Shown: positions 39,586-50,823, numbered from the stretch's first letter. The stretch: DNA of 64,000 nucleotides from Ferrovibrio terrae (GCA_943368895.1 CALRLV020000001.1:861-64860); one strand, 5' to 3'. Made by a program: numbers and translations. Notes: a model not told the origin generated them from the letters alone.

Positions 39586-40718
39586 GCGATGTGCTTTCCG
39601 ATCCAATCAGCAAACCGATCCGGTGTCATGGCGGCGATCTCCATGCCGCAGCCAACGAGGCGCTCAGCCATCCGTCGATCATAAACGGGAGCGGCATCAT
39701 CACTGAGCGCCCCAAGTCCAAGCATTGTGATCCGCGCTGCATGCATCCGGCGAACCGCAGAAAGCAAACGGCCAACGGCTCCACCTTCTTCAAAATCGCT
39801 GATGAGCACGAAGATTGTCCGGGTAGGTTGGGTCACCAAGCTTTCGCAATAGTCTACGGCCGCTCCGATATTGGTGCCGCCACCCAATTGCACCGACATC
39901 AAGACTTCAACCGGATCGTGGGCCTCGCTCGAGAGATCGACGATTGAGGTATCGAAAACCACAAGTCTGACTTCTACCGAGGGCAGGGCCGTAAGAATTG
40001 AAGCCATGACCGCCGCATAAATGGTTGAACTAAGCATTGAACCGGACTGATCGACGCACAGGATGATTGTCCAAGGTAGACGCCGACGGCTTCGACCATA
40101 AAAGCGGAGCCTGTCAGCAATCAGGGCACCGCGCGTCGCATCCCAATTTTTGAGATTGTCCTTGATTGTTTCCCGCCAGGCGAAATTCTTCATCGATTTA
40201 AGCTGACTTCGACGATAGCGATTGGGCTTGCCAGCTAAGGCGGCTTCGATCTTTGGTCGCAACTGGCGCAGAATTTCCTCAACGACCTTCCGGGTCACAT
40301 CGCGAATCTTATCGCGCATGCCCGGGTCCGCCGTACCCTTGAATGCGATCAATGCTTTGAGCAAATCCTTGTTAGGTTCGAGGGCATCCAGCACTTTGGC
40401 GTCTGACAGAAGCTCACTCATTCCAAGATTGTCGATCGCGTGGGCTTGAATGGTTTCATAGACCGATTGAGGAAACAGATCGCGCAACTCACCTAACCAG
40501 CCAAGTGGCGTTAGGCTTGTTGGGTCAAGGGTGCCGCCTTGTTGCCGTCCGTCTTTGCCACGTCTAAGCCCACGTTTTTCCATTTCCCGCGCATACAAAT
40601 AATCGAGGGCACGGTCTGTCCGCCGTTCAGGGCCAGTCAGCGCGGTAGATGGCAAGGATCGCTCCGCATAGCGGCCCAAAGCCAAGCGCCAGCGCCGCAG
40701 AAGGGCAGGGTCAGTCAT
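39582..40718 (-). CDS. VWA-domain CoxE-like protein (YehP-like)
   Basis: RWRLALG, DQSGSM MIDAS, GGGTNI and ISDFEEG. Confidence 0.88.
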   Translation of the reverse strand: MTDPALLRRWRLALGRYAERSLPSTALTGPERRTDRALDYLYAREMEKRGLRRGKDGRQQGGTLDPTSLTPLGWLGELRDLFPQSVYETIQAHAIDNLGMSELLSDAKVLDALEPNKDLLKALIAFKGTADPGMRDKIRDVTRKVVEEILRQLRPKIEAALAGKPNRYRRSQLKSMKNFAWRETIKDNLKNWDATRGALIADRLRFYGRSRRRLPWTIILCVDQSGSMLSSTIYAAVMASILTALPSVEVRLVVFDTSIVDLSSEAHDPVEVLMSVQLGGGTNIGAAVDYCESLVTQPTRTIFVLISDFEEGGAVGRLLSAVRRMHAARITMLGLGALSDDAAPVYDRRMAERLVGCGMEIAAMTPDRFADWIGKHIA

Positions 40719-43063
40719 GCCACACCGTCCCGCATGAGGATCGCCTCAAGCTCTTGATCAAGTTTTAAATTGACGAGGAGTTTGTCTTCAGAGATTTCAA
40801 CCAAAGTTGCCAAGCGATGGGGATTTGCACCAATGCGATCCGCTACCGCTTCGGCCAAGCGGTCGGTCTCGCGCGGATCGAGTGGCATGAGCGCCAAGCG
40901 AAGATGGGGCAGCAAATCGACAAAGTCCGCATCGCTAGCCGAGGCTACGAGGTCGTTGAGCACTTCGACCAGCATTGGAAGCGACCACAATGATTCGCGC
41001 GCAATCGCGATTATTCCGCCAAGAAAGCCCAGACGATCCGCAGGTTCGACATAGCCGCTGACCAACTCGCCTCGCAGTCGGACCTCTAATTGATCCGACG
41101 TGATGGAGCCATCGAGCAGTGAAAAGGCCATAACGGCACCTGCCAGCATCGGATTGAGCTCTGCTGAAGCAAGTCTGGCGAGCGCCTCATCGAAGAGCGC
41201 GATATCCATTGGCGCTTGCGAAGATCGCGCCAACTCGATCAGTCCGCGCAGGTCAGCAAGAGTGGCAATTGCTTGTCGAAGTTGATCTTGGCCACTATAG
41301 GCGAGCTCGGGCAGAAGGACGAGAACGCGACGCCAAGCCGCAGCGATGATGCGATCCAAAGTTGCGATCGCAACACCCTCCAGCGCCTTACTGCCACGCC
41401 AAAGCAAGACGAGGTCTGTCAATGCAGCTGTTACCGACCCAAGCTCGGGATCTTCGATCACCTGCTTTTCAACATAATCAAGAACCGTAGCGGCACCATC
41501 ACCCAGCCCAGCCCGACACGCGGCCGCGTAAAGATCAATCGCAGCAAGAGCGCTTCGCCCTTTACCAAGTTCCCCAAGTGCTCCGAGCTTTTCAGAAAGG
41601 GACCAAGCGAGCGCCTCGTCGAGTGTGTCGGCTATTTCTGATAACTCGATCAAGCGCGACTCAAGTGTCGGCGACCAACAAACCGACCAGATTTCATAAA
41701 GTCGATCGAGCGAAGCGTCATTGCGGAAATCCGGGCCCGCTGTCCGGTGCGCAAAATCAGTCCCAATCAAGGTCATCGCGTGGCAGAAGCGGCTGGCATC
41801 TCGGTGTCGCGGCTTGCGATAAATGTCGAGTTCGCGTGAACGACGCTCCCCATCAGCAACAGAAAATCCCAAGGTGCGCGCACGAGACCTGACCGCCTCA
41901 ACCAGCGGCGGGGACCCTGCAGAGGGCGGGACGTCGCCAATCGCCGTTCCGGTCAGCCAAGCACGAAGCTCCACCAACAGTGGAACATGTTCGACAGGAA
42001 TTTCATCCTTGATGAAGCTGGAGCGGACTGCGTCCAACATATCGTCGCGGGAAGGAAATGGCCGATTGCGCAGGGTGGCAAGTCGCTCAGCCTGCTCAAC
42101 CGCATTGGCAATTACCGGAAGTGTCGGGGCGGCACCTTGATCGCGCAGATGCGCCGCAAAGCCCGTGATAACGTCCAGAGCCAAGTGCTTGCCGCCCGTA
42201 TCGCGGGCCTGCCACAAGCGGTCATAAAAGCCAGGGAGCGCAAGGCCTGCGCCATAGCCGGAGAGCGCGTCAAGCTGTCTCATCCCATATCGGATCAGAT
42301 ACGCCTGCCCCTTTCCAGGGTCTGGCGCACGTGGCTTGCAATCAGATTGTTCGTAAAGCACCGGCGCATGGAAGCCGCCAACGATGATGACGATGGGCCC
42401 TTCAATTTCTTGCCGATACGCGGCGATCAAGGCGCGCATTTGTGCTTCACGCGCAAGCGTGCCATCGCGCTCCATATCCTCCTTTTGGCTCGCGCCACGG
42501 ATACAGGCACAATACTGGCCGACATCGGCAAAGAATTTTGTCCAATCGGCCTCACCGATCCGACTTTCAAAAAGTTGATCCCATACTTCATTGCCATCAC
42601 GACAGCCCAGCTCACGAGCGAGGGCCGTGACGTAATCGCCGGCATCGAAGGGCGTTTCGTCACTTAACAGCGAACGATCCGCTCGCCGCTCGTCACCGCC
42701 CAGCATTTCCGATGACGTAGACGGAAGATCTATAAAATGGGCCCGCACATTCTTTGCTTTTGCGGCTTGCAGCGCGATCAGCTCGGGACTGTGGGCGCAA
42801 AATGGAAAATAGCTCGCGACTCTTTTCGTCGCACCTGGAGAAGCAGCTTCGCGCAAGGTGACGATGGCCACCGGAGCCCGCGTGCGACGATCACAAAGGT
42901 GACTGATCAGCGGATCGAAGTCGGAGGGTCCCTCTACAAGGATTGCCGCGGGCTCGACTGTATCCAACAACCGTTGCAAATGAGCGGCGCAGGCTGGGCT
43001 ATGATGTCGGATCGGTACAATCCACAAATCCCGCTGCGGGTCGTGCAAGCATGGCACATCCAT
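40715..43063 (-). CDS. DUF5682 family protein (YehM-like)
   Basis: PIRHHSP, VEGP, HSPE, FIDLP, RE..M and GGFH motifs. Confidence 0.82.
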   Translation of the reverse strand: MDVPCLHDPQRDLWIVPIRHHSPACAAHLQRLLDTVEPAAILVEGPSDFDPLISHLCDRRTRAPVAIVTLREAASPGATKRVASYFPFCAHSPELIALQAAKAKNVRAHFIDLPSTSSEMLGGDERRADRSLLSDETPFDAGDYVTALARELGCRDGNEVWDQLFESRIGEADWTKFFADVGQYCACIRGASQKEDMERDGTLAREAQMRALIAAYRQEIEGPIVIIVGGFHAPVLYEQSDCKPRAPDPGKGQAYLIRYGMRQLDALSGYGAGLALPGFYDRLWQARDTGGKHLALDVITGFAAHLRDQGAAPTLPVIANAVEQAERLATLRNRPFPSRDDMLDAVRSSFIKDEIPVEHVPLLVELRAWLTGTAIGDVPPSAGSPPLVEAVRSRARTLGFSVADGERRSRELDIYRKPRHRDASRFCHAMTLIGTDFAHRTAGPDFRNDASLDRLYEIWSVCWSPTLESRLIELSEIADTLDEALAWSLSEKLGALGELGKGRSALAAIDLYAAACRAGLGDGAATVLDYVEKQVIEDPELGSVTAALTDLVLLWRGSKALEGVAIATLDRIIAAAWRRVLVLLPELAYSGQDQLRQAIATLADLRGLIELARSSQAPMDIALFDEALARLASAELNPMLAGAVMAFSLLDGSITSDQLEVRLRGELVSGYVEPADRLGFLGGIIAIARESLWSLPMLVEVLNDLVASASDADFVDLLPHLRLALMPLDPRETDRLAEAVADRIGANPHRLATLVEISEDKLLVNLKLDQELEAILMRDGVA

Positions 43064-43069
43064 CTAGGA

Positions 43070-44170
43070 TCACCCCAGCTTAAGAGAACGAGCTGCCTGA
43101 TAAAACTCCTTCCAGACCCCCGATCGTCCGGCGCGTTCTTTCGCGATGTGATCGATATAGGCACGCAGCCGCTTGCCATCATCAGGGGAGTCCTTGAGCA
43201 CAACACCTTGAATTTGGTTCGCGATATGAGCTCCGTTTAGTTTCCCGTTTCCAAGGTAAGCAGCCTCGAGCGCGGCGGCGTGAAGCACATTGACTGCCTC
43301 AGCGGTCGACATGACAGCGTCCGGGCGGTTGAGATTCACCCCTTCAGCTGTCCGGCCCGTGCGAAGGTCTTGAAATGTGCGGACCAAAAGCTCAGCAATC
43401 TCGCGCTCGCCCGTGATTGTAATGCCCGTTGGTCCAAGTCGCTCAGCGAGCTGCTTCAGGACCAACTCGCGCTCAAAATCAGGATCGGCGATGGGATGAA
43501 CCGTCTCAAAATTGAAGCGCCGTTTTAGGGCGCTGGAGATTTCATGGACGCCCCGATCCCGGAGGTTGGCCGTAGCAATCACATTAAAGCCTGGCTTGGC
43601 CATAGAGACAGCATCAGGCCCAAGTTCTGGTAGCGCCAATGCCTTTTCAGAAAGCACCGAAATCAGGGCATCTTGAACTTCGGGCGGGCAGCGCGTTATC
43701 TCCTCAAAGCGGACAATACGTCCAGTTCGCATCGCATTGAGAACGGGAGACGGCACCAACGCCCTCTCGCTTGGACCTTCCGCGAGCAACAATGCATAAT
43801 TCCAGCCGTATCGGATATGGTCCTCCGTCGTCCCTGCTGACCCTTGGACCACAAGCGCCGACGTGCCGCTAATGGCGGCAGCCAATAGTTCCGAGAGCAG
43901 AGACTTCGCAGTGCCAGGTTCGCCGACCAGCATAAGGCCCTGCTGGCTCATCAGGCTGACGATGGCGCGATCAGCCAAGGGATCATCGCCGTAAAATTTG
44001 CGCGAGATGCCGCGCTTTGGATCTCCGAGCAAAAAGCTGCGAACTGCGCGAGGGGACAATTTCCAACCGGCAGGACGGGCCTCCTTCTCGTCGTCCCGAG
44101 CCAGAGTGACCAACTCAGTCGCATAACGATGCTCAGCCGGCAGACGAATTGCTTCCAATGACTCGGTCAT
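43070..44170 (-). CDS. MoxR-like AAA+ ATPase (YehL subfamily)
   Basis: GEPGTAKS Walker A, RFEEITR, ATANLRDRGV and SALKRRF. Confidence 0.9.
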   Translation of the reverse strand: MTESLEAIRLPAEHRYATELVTLARDDEKEARPAGWKLSPRAVRSFLLGDPKRGISRKFYGDDPLADRAIVSLMSQQGLMLVGEPGTAKSLLSELLAAAISGTSALVVQGSAGTTEDHIRYGWNYALLLAEGPSERALVPSPVLNAMRTGRIVRFEEITRCPPEVQDALISVLSEKALALPELGPDAVSMAKPGFNVIATANLRDRGVHEISSALKRRFNFETVHPIADPDFERELVLKQLAERLGPTGITITGEREIAELLVRTFQDLRTGRTAEGVNLNRPDAVMSTAEAVNVLHAAALEAAYLGNGKLNGAHIANQIQGVVLKDSPDDGKRLRAYIDHIAKERAGRSGVWKEFYQAARSLKLG

Positions 44171-47100
44171 AGATAGGCCTTCTTGCTCCATTCGGGGTCA
44201 AAGCCGGTCCCCTTTTCGGCGATTTCATGAAGGTCACGCCAACATTCAGCGAGTAAGACGGATGGAACGTCGCCAAGCGCAACGGCACCAACCCCAAAAT
44301 TCGACCCGCGCAGCTTTCGGAACGTGAGCGTTTGCAGCGCGGCGATACGATTCTCTTCGGGAAGCGGACTGCCCGTAAACTCGATCTCTACCTGCAGCCC
44401 AGCTTCACGGTAGCTTTTCTCATAGGTCACAAACCAACCGCCATCTTGAGCAGCCCCGCGCTGGTAGCCAAGCTTGCCGGCAATGCCGCGCAGTTTGAAT
44501 GTCTCGATCATCCAACCTTCACGATCCTTTATCGCCTTCTCCTTCGCTTGCGACTGAGCAAGTTGCGGGAGTTGTCGCCCAAACTGGTCAAAAGGAGCTT
44601 CAACCGAATAATCTGACAAGTGCTGACGCCATGCATTGATCTGGGCCGTGTCGAGCAGCGAGGAGTGGGCAAGACGTATCTCGGCAAAATCGGAAGTATC
44701 GACATCCCCATCATTGGAATCGGTGAAACTGCCATCACCAAGCGGACGGAAGAGTGTTTGCACGTTCCCTTCAGCGTCCAATCCTTGCCAAACCAGCTTT
44801 GACACGACCCTCCCAACAATCGGGTGTCCAGCAATGAAGCTTTCCCAATCCTCGCGCGGCCAGCCGCGTTGCAAGCACATGGCCTCTTTCAGCCTCTCGG
44901 TCTGCGCCGACAAGACTTGTTTGACCTCTTTGCGGGCATTTGAGAGCAGCTTTTTGGCCGCTTCGACAGTCGGTCGCTCGTCATCCATCCGGGGGCCGGG
45001 CAAGGCCTTGACCTCGCGACCATCGGCATTGAACAGCGTGATAAGGTCGTTCTCATCAAGCCGAGCCTGATAGGTGCGCCCTTCACCGCAATCAAGATCA
45101 AGCGTCCCATCGCTATCAAAGCCACCCGTCGGAACCGTTCGATCAGCCAATTGACCTGCGGTCCAGCCATTCTGATCCGCGATGGTTTCGATCAGCTGCG
45201 CGGCATGGGCCTCTACGCTCTTTTGTTTGGACCGGTTGGCCGCGGTTAGAACGACCTGAAGTGCTGCACTGCTACTGTTTGCGGCCAGCGCATCCAGCAA
45301 TGCCTTTGCTTGCGAAACGCGTGCGCCATGATCCTTCAAGAAGGAACGCACCCTTTGGGCAGCGTCAGCGCCATTCACATGCGAGCAAAGCGCAAGAATG
45401 CCCTTGCTGTCGGTTGCACTACCCAGATAGGTGGCGGACTTGTCTGCCTTCAGGCGTGCAAACACTACGGCACGATCGGTTGGCCAATAATCGGCACTTT
45501 GTGGCGAGATCTTGACGTAGTGCAAATACTGTTTGAGGACGGCATCGACATTGGCAGCAGCATAGGCATTTGCTTCCTCCTCCGTCGGCGAACGAACGTC
45601 TTCGTCAATCCAGCAGGTCAGAACCATCCAGCCCAATTTGTGCGCGTCCCCCGGTGCAAGCCTCTTCAGCCAGAGGTTCATAAGCGCATTACCGCCCGGC
45701 TGCTTCAGCTTGCACGAAAGCAAGAGCCACCAACGCGGCAAAATGGGGTCAAGCGGGGTACCGTCATCCCAATGCAGGGTTGGCAGCCGGTCAAACGGGA
45801 ACCAGTCGAGAGCCTTGGTCTTGAGTTTCGCGACACCCGCCTGCGCTTCTTTAACCAAGTTAGCCGGATCAAAATATTCCGAGACATCCTCGCCCAAGCG
45901 CTGAAGGGCCGAAATCATCGCCGCACGCGCGACATCGCTCTTGTCTTTGGTCAGAGCGCGGCGGATCGCTGGGGCTTGCTCGCGCTCATTTCGGCGCGCC
46001 AGCCAGTCTGCCGCCAGAGCGCGCACGTCCTGTCGGCCATCTTCCAATTGAAGCGCGATCGCGGCACCAATATCTGGCGTGTCTTTCAGGAGTTCACGCG
46101 CAGGGTTGCGGACATGGCTGGAACTGTCGTTGGCGAGCAGAAGCAAACGACTGCGATAGCGTTCTGGCAGCTTCGGCAAGCGGCCCAGGAGCTCCAGCCC
46201 GGCAGTCAAATTCATTGGCACGCCATGGGATTGGGGCGCTATCCCCAGGGCTTCGTCAATCCATGCAAAACGATCGACTAATGCCTGCCAAAGCGGAACA
46301 TCCAATCCCGGCAGCGGGTGGTACCAACGCCGTGTGAGGTGGGCGAGCAGAAAGTCTTCGCCGCCGTTTGCATTCCAAAGCTCAAAGAGCATGCGAAAGT
46401 CTGCACCATTGGCGAGGCGACGCTGAACCGCATGCCCCACCGCCCCAGCGTACTCATTGAACAAGCCGTAGAAGCTGCCATGAGAGACTGCTATGGCCAA
46501 GCGGACGAGGTGGCGGAGCGAAAGGCGTGGATCATCATAAAATTGATCGATCGCTGGATGATGAAAATGGCCCAGCCGCAACCAATCGACTGACTTTGGG
46601 TTTGCATCGACCTTTCCAGTGCCTTCTGCCAAGATCGCGAGCTTTTCAATCGAGCCTCGATCTCTGGGAGAGACTTGCTTTGTCCAATGCCAATGCCAGC
46701 CCGCGCCTTCCTTTTTGGCTTCAGCGTGGAAACGATTGAACTCTGCAACGGCTGGTTCAAGCACTTTCAAGACATCGCGGTCCAATGGCGTGGCCTGCGG
46801 GAGGTCCCCAAGCTCTGGCACCTCAACCCAAGTGCCATCTACGGCGTTATAGCCTAAAGGTCCGTCTGGCCTTTGGCTGCCGCGTTCGTTGATTGCCAAT
46901 TGGCTAGCCGTTGCCCCGGCCGCACGGTCGAATGCAGCCAGTACTTTGGGCGATGTTTCCTCGCCTTTAAGCTTCTCCAGCAAGACAGGACTTAGCGGGC
47001 CTAACGTGAGCGCTACAACTTCAACCAGTTCAACTCTTTGCGCCGGAGATGCCTTGGCATATCGGTCTTCAATATGCGCCGAAAGAGCGGCACCATCGCT

Positions 47101-47901
47101 GCCGGCCAATGCTTTGCGAGATGAACCTCTCACCTTTTTTGAAGAGCCGATTGCGGCATCAAGCAGCATTGGCATATAGAGGGACTGCAGACCAAAGCGC
47201 CCGATGGCAGCAACCAATTCTGAGCGAATGTCTGCGCCTAAATCCTGCATCGCTGCCACAACCGAAACATGTTCGGCTTGTAGCAACTCAGGCACACCCC
47301 CAAATCGACTAACTGAACTCGTACCGCCATAATTTCCGGCATCTGGGCCAAATACAACGTCAAGCACAGCCGGCATGCCAAGCCCACCGAAATCTGCGAG
47401 ACCCTTCAGGATATCAATGGGTTGGTCCTTCCGGCCAGCACCAAGCCACTGGCTTAAAACTTGGCGTAGCCAGTCTGGCGACTTCTTTGTCCCGAAATAC
47501 CCCCAGTCATAGGTAATTGGCTCGATAGCGGCTATCACATCGCCCAATCGCTTGATCTGGTCGATGCGCCAATCTCCAAGATTTGTGAAAAGTCCTACTT
47601 CATCGCGTCTGGGATAGCTCATCCCACGTGCCCGCCACGCCTCCAATATCTCGACCTTTTGAAGTTTCAGCAGAATGGAAGGCTGGCTCTCAGTCCCGAC
47701 ATAAGCGACAATTTCCTCAACGAGCTGTCGATCTTTCTTGGCTAGGGACTTGAAGAATACCCGAAGTCTTCCGGCTGGAAGTAGCCCGATATCATTGCCG
47801 GAAGATTGGCCTGCTAGGCCGAAGGTTGCCTTAAATCGGTCCCATATTCCACTCGCCAATAGCCCCTCCCGAACCCAATGCACATGATGGTAATTATTCA
47901 A
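44167..47901 (-). CDS. DUF4132-domain protein (YehI/MolR-like)
   Basis: LADRTVPTGG, HPIVG and FDQFGR in the C-terminal domain; HEAT-like repeats; likely TTG start at 47859 after GGAGGGG. Confidence 0.82.
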   Translation of the reverse strand: MNNYHHVHWVREGLLASGIWDRFKATFGLAGQSSGNDIGLLPAGRLRVFFKSLAKKDRQLVEEIVAYVGTESQPSILLKLQKVEILEAWRARGMSYPRRDEVGLFTNLGDWRIDQIKRLGDVIAAIEPITYDWGYFGTKKSPDWLRQVLSQWLGAGRKDQPIDILKGLADFGGLGMPAVLDVVFGPDAGNYGGTSSVSRFGGVPELLQAEHVSVVAAMQDLGADIRSELVAAIGRFGLQSLYMPMLLDAAIGSSKKVRGSSRKALAGSDGAALSAHIEDRYAKASPAQRVELVEVVALTLGPLSPVLLEKLKGEETSPKVLAAFDRAAGATASQLAINERGSQRPDGPLGYNAVDGTWVEVPELGDLPQATPLDRDVLKVLEPAVAEFNRFHAEAKKEGAGWHWHWTKQVSPRDRGSIEKLAILAEGTGKVDANPKSVDWLRLGHFHHPAIDQFYDDPRLSLRHLVRLAIAVSHGSFYGLFNEYAGAVGHAVQRRLANGADFRMLFELWNANGGEDFLLAHLTRRWYHPLPGLDVPLWQALVDRFAWIDEALGIAPQSHGVPMNLTAGLELLGRLPKLPERYRSRLLLLANDSSSHVRNPARELLKDTPDIGAAIALQLEDGRQDVRALAADWLARRNEREQAPAIRRALTKDKSDVARAAMISALQRLGEDVSEYFDPANLVKEAQAGVAKLKTKALDWFPFDRLPTLHWDDGTPLDPILPRWWLLLSCKLKQPGGNALMNLWLKRLAPGDAHKLGWMVLTCWIDEDVRSPTEEEANAYAAANVDAVLKQYLHYVKISPQSADYWPTDRAVVFARLKADKSATYLGSATDSKGILALCSHVNGADAAQRVRSFLKDHGARVSQAKALLDALAANSSSAALQVVLTAANRSKQKSVEAHAAQLIETIADQNGWTAGQLADRTVPTGGFDSDGTLDLDCGEGRTYQARLDENDLITLFNADGREVKALPGPRMDDERPTVEAAKKLLSNARKEVKQVLSAQTERLKEAMCLQRGWPREDWESFIAGHPIVGRVVSKLVWQGLDAEGNVQTLFRPLGDGSFTDSNDGDVDTSDFAEIRLAHSSLLDTAQINAWRQHLSDYSVEAPFDQFGRQLPQLAQSQAKEKAIKDREGWMIETFKLRGIAGKLGYQRGAAQDGGWFVTYEKSYREAGLQVEIEFTGSPLPEENRIAALQTLTFRKLRGSNFGVGAVALGDVPSVLLAECWRDLHEIAEKGTGFDPEWSKKAYL

Positions 47902-48703
47902 TAGTTGGCAAAAAGACTTTCAATCCTAGCGCTTTTAACAGCGGATGGACATCAAACATTCATTGCACAAGCCATTTGCAAGTCAAGCGATCTTGCCTGA
48001 AACAAATGGGGAGCGGCGCACGGTCGCTATTCTAGAATTAGCTAGGAAGAAGTCTTCCGATTTTCCGAATTTTTACCTGATCAAACAGCTGGCCATCACC
48101 CAAGGATTATATGCTCATAAATCTCGTCAAAGACCGGACTTTTTGGCGAAAGAACTGCGACCTTCTTCTTGATCAGGTTTTCCGAAATGCTCGCCGACCA
48201 GATTAGGGTATGGCCTGACCCACGCTCTCCCAAAAGTACAAGGCGTCTTTGACCTTGAGCAAAACTAGCAATGTCTGGAGTGTGAGACATCGCCCATGAT
48301 TTAAATGCCAGACCGTCGGGGCGGGGCCACTTCAGCAAGGAGAATCAGGCCGCGATTTTTTTCTATAAACCCGCACCAAAAAAGTGCTTAGTTTAATGGC
48401 TGATCTCTCAAAGCTCTTGGGGCTGGGGCATTTTTCGGCACCGGGCTTTCTGGCGGCATTCTGCCTCCCCCCTCTTTAAATTTAGACACGAATAAGCCTG
48501 AAGCTAAATGCATCCCGATCTTGAAGAAAGAGGTTCAAAAAATCTCTGGTTGTCAAATAAAAATCGATAACGCCATTTACACTGAAAATTTGGTCCCGAA
48601 GTAAAAAATGAATTTAGTATTCGATAAGCATAAACATCAGGTCGCAAGCAAAGTTCTGGCTTGTCACAATGATGATGCTTTAATCGCTGATCGCCCCCCC
48701 AAC

Positions 48704-49975
48704 CTAATACAAGAGCCGGCGCGCGCGTCTCACTCTAAAAGCGGCCAGTTCTGGCTGCCAGCGTGCCCGGATGGCTTCTAGGCTGTCGCCCGAAACAATC
48801 GCGTCGCGCAGCCAGGGTACGCCTGCCAGTTTGTCAAAGAAGGGCGGGTTGCCCGGCAAGAAGGAGAATGCGTTGCGATGGAGGTTTGCGACGTCCAGCA
48901 AAATCGCAATGCCGGTTTCCACGGGGGTCAAGGCCGTTCGGTCTGTGAGGTGGATCTGCACACCCGCACATAATTGGCCCTGATGCTTGGAAAAGGACGG
49001 GGTGAACCAAGCGGGGCGAAAGCGCGCGCCGGGCAGATTGCGTTGATTAAGGCGATCTGCCAGCGCATGGGCGTCAACAAAGGGCGCGCCGATCAGCTCG
49101 AATGGCTTCGTTGTGCCGCGCCCTTCAGACAGGTTTGTACCCTCGACCAGGCAGGTGCCCGGATAGATCAGGGCGGTATCCACACTGGGCATGTTGGGTG
49201 AAGGCGGCACCCACGGCAGGGCGGTTTGAGTGGCATCCTGAGCGCGTCGCCAATTGGCGCATGCCACAATGTGGAGGTCGCAGCCAATGGCGAAGTCCCT
49301 ATTCATCATCAGAGCCAACTCACCCATGGTCATCCCGTGGCGGATCGGAATGGGATAGGCTCCGACAAAGCTTGCTAAGGCGGGGTCGAGCACCGGCCCT
49401 TCGACTTTGACGCCACCAATCGGATTAGGACGATCCGCCACAATCACGCCAATCCCGGCTTCTCGCGCGGCTTGCATGACCAGCGCCAGCGTCCAGGGAT
49501 AGGTATAGAAGCGGGCACCAATATCTTGAATATCAAATACCAACACATCCAACCCCTCCAGCATGGCGGGCGTTGGCTTGCGGGTGGTGCCATAGAGACT
49601 GTAGACGGGCAGGCCTGTGCGTGCATCGATTTGATCGGCGACGGGGGCACCGGCTTGCGCATCGCCCCACACGCCATGCTCGGGCCCAAAGAGAGCCGCA
49701 AGCTTAAAGTCCGCAGCCCTTGCCATCAGGTCGACAGCGCTTTGAAGGTCGCGCGTGACCCCGGTTGGATTGGTGATTAATCCGATACGCTTGCCAGCCA
49801 AGAGTGCACGCTTGCGCCCCAATAAGACCTCTAAGCCCGACACCACCCTTCCCGCCCGTGGCGCAGCCAGGGTTGGCGTGCCAAGCGCCAAGGCACTAGC
49901 GGCTGCAACGCCAACAAAGCTGCGGCGGGAAAAAATTCTGGTCACGTGAGCCAAGAGCACCTCCAGCATGCACAA
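48704..49975 (-). CDS. namZ: Exo-beta-N-acetylmuramidase NamZ (DUF1343), Tat-exported
   Basis: SRRSFV Tat motif, TNPTG, FGPEHG, DIQDIGARFYTY, DRPNP and SEGRGT. Confidence 0.88.
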   Translation of the reverse strand: MCMLEVLLAHVTRIFSRRSFVGVAAASALALGTPTLAAPRAGRVVSGLEVLLGRKRALLAGKRIGLITNPTGVTRDLQSAVDLMARAADFKLAALFGPEHGVWGDAQAGAPVADQIDARTGLPVYSLYGTTRKPTPAMLEGLDVLVFDIQDIGARFYTYPWTLALVMQAAREAGIGVIVADRPNPIGGVKVEGPVLDPALASFVGAYPIPIRHGMTMGELALMMNRDFAIGCDLHIVACANWRRAQDATQTALPWVPPSPNMPSVDTALIYPGTCLVEGTNLSEGRGTTKPFELIGAPFVDAHALADRLNQRNLPGARFRPAWFTPSFSKHQGQLCAGVQIHLTDRTALTPVETGIAILLDVANLHRNAFSFLPGNPPFFDKLAGVPWLRDAIVSGDSLEAIRARWQPELAAFRVRRARRLLY

Positions 49976-50039
49976 GGTCAGATCGTTCGAATAGGTGCGG
50001 CCAAACCTCTATCAAGCCCTGTCCGGGTGGCTTATGCCC

Positions 50040-50543
50040 TCAGGAACTCTGGTTTGGTGTCTGGCTCTGGCCGTCAAATGGCCCATTGAGTTTGACGATC
50101 ACATAATTGAGGTAAGTCGCGAACGTTACCCAAAGCACATAGGGAACCAGCAACCCACTGGCGAGCGCGGAATAAGGCAGCACGCCGACGCACAGCGCCA
50201 CAACCGAGGCCCACAGCAGGAATGATTCCCGCAACGCCCAATCGGGACGCTTGAGCGCGAAGAATAAAGGAGACCACAAAAAATGGAAAACGAAATTCGC
50301 GACATACAAGCCGATCACAATTTTCCGGTCCGCATCGCTGGTGGCACCTTCCCAAGCAAGGATGGCTGCCCAAGCCGCCGATGACAAAATCACGGTCCAA
50401 GCAGGGCCAAACAACCAATCGGGCGGCTGCCAACTTGGCTTCTTGAGATTGCGATACCACGGACCAATACTGGTCAACGCCCCACCAGCACCCGCCAAAA
50501 TGAGCGCCCAGAGTATCGCGGCTAAGATATGTGGTTCAGGCAT
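50040..50543 (-). CDS. tspO: TspO/MBR tryptophan-rich sensory protein
   Basis: WY..LKKPSWQPPDWLFGPAWT and LVPYVLWVTFA. Confidence 0.92.
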   Translation of the reverse strand: MPEPHILAAILWALILAGAGGALTSIGPWYRNLKKPSWQPPDWLFGPAWTVILSSAAWAAILAWEGATSDADRKIVIGLYVANFVFHFLWSPLFFALKRPDWALRESFLLWASVVALCVGVLPYSALASGLLVPYVLWVTFATYLNYVIVKLNGPFDGQSQTPNQSS

Positions 50544-50823
50544 GGGCGGTATATGCGGCTATTGGTTAAAACTAGCAAGCTGCAAAGCCCTAGCAGGGCG
50601 CGCGGCACGCCAAGTTCGTCAATCCGAACGGCCCTGAAGACGTTTGAGTTGGGGGGCAAAAGTGGGCGGATGGGGGCGGTGTGGATTGGGGTCTTGGGGG
50701 GACGAGGGCGAAATCTGCACTAGACCCGCGAACACAAATCACTCCCAAAAGATCTATCGAATTTCAACGATTAGTTCACCTGTGCTGATGTCGGTCAGTT
50801 CTATAATCTGAGACGACTGGTGC

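Noticed and set aside
45310-46281. 323-aa plus-strand ORF (similarly 9953..10759 and 41987..42667)
   Set aside because: Antisense to well-supported genes.
47945-48690. Short ORFs or an ncRNA in the AT-rich gap
   Set aside because: No recognisable motif, RBS or conserved structure.
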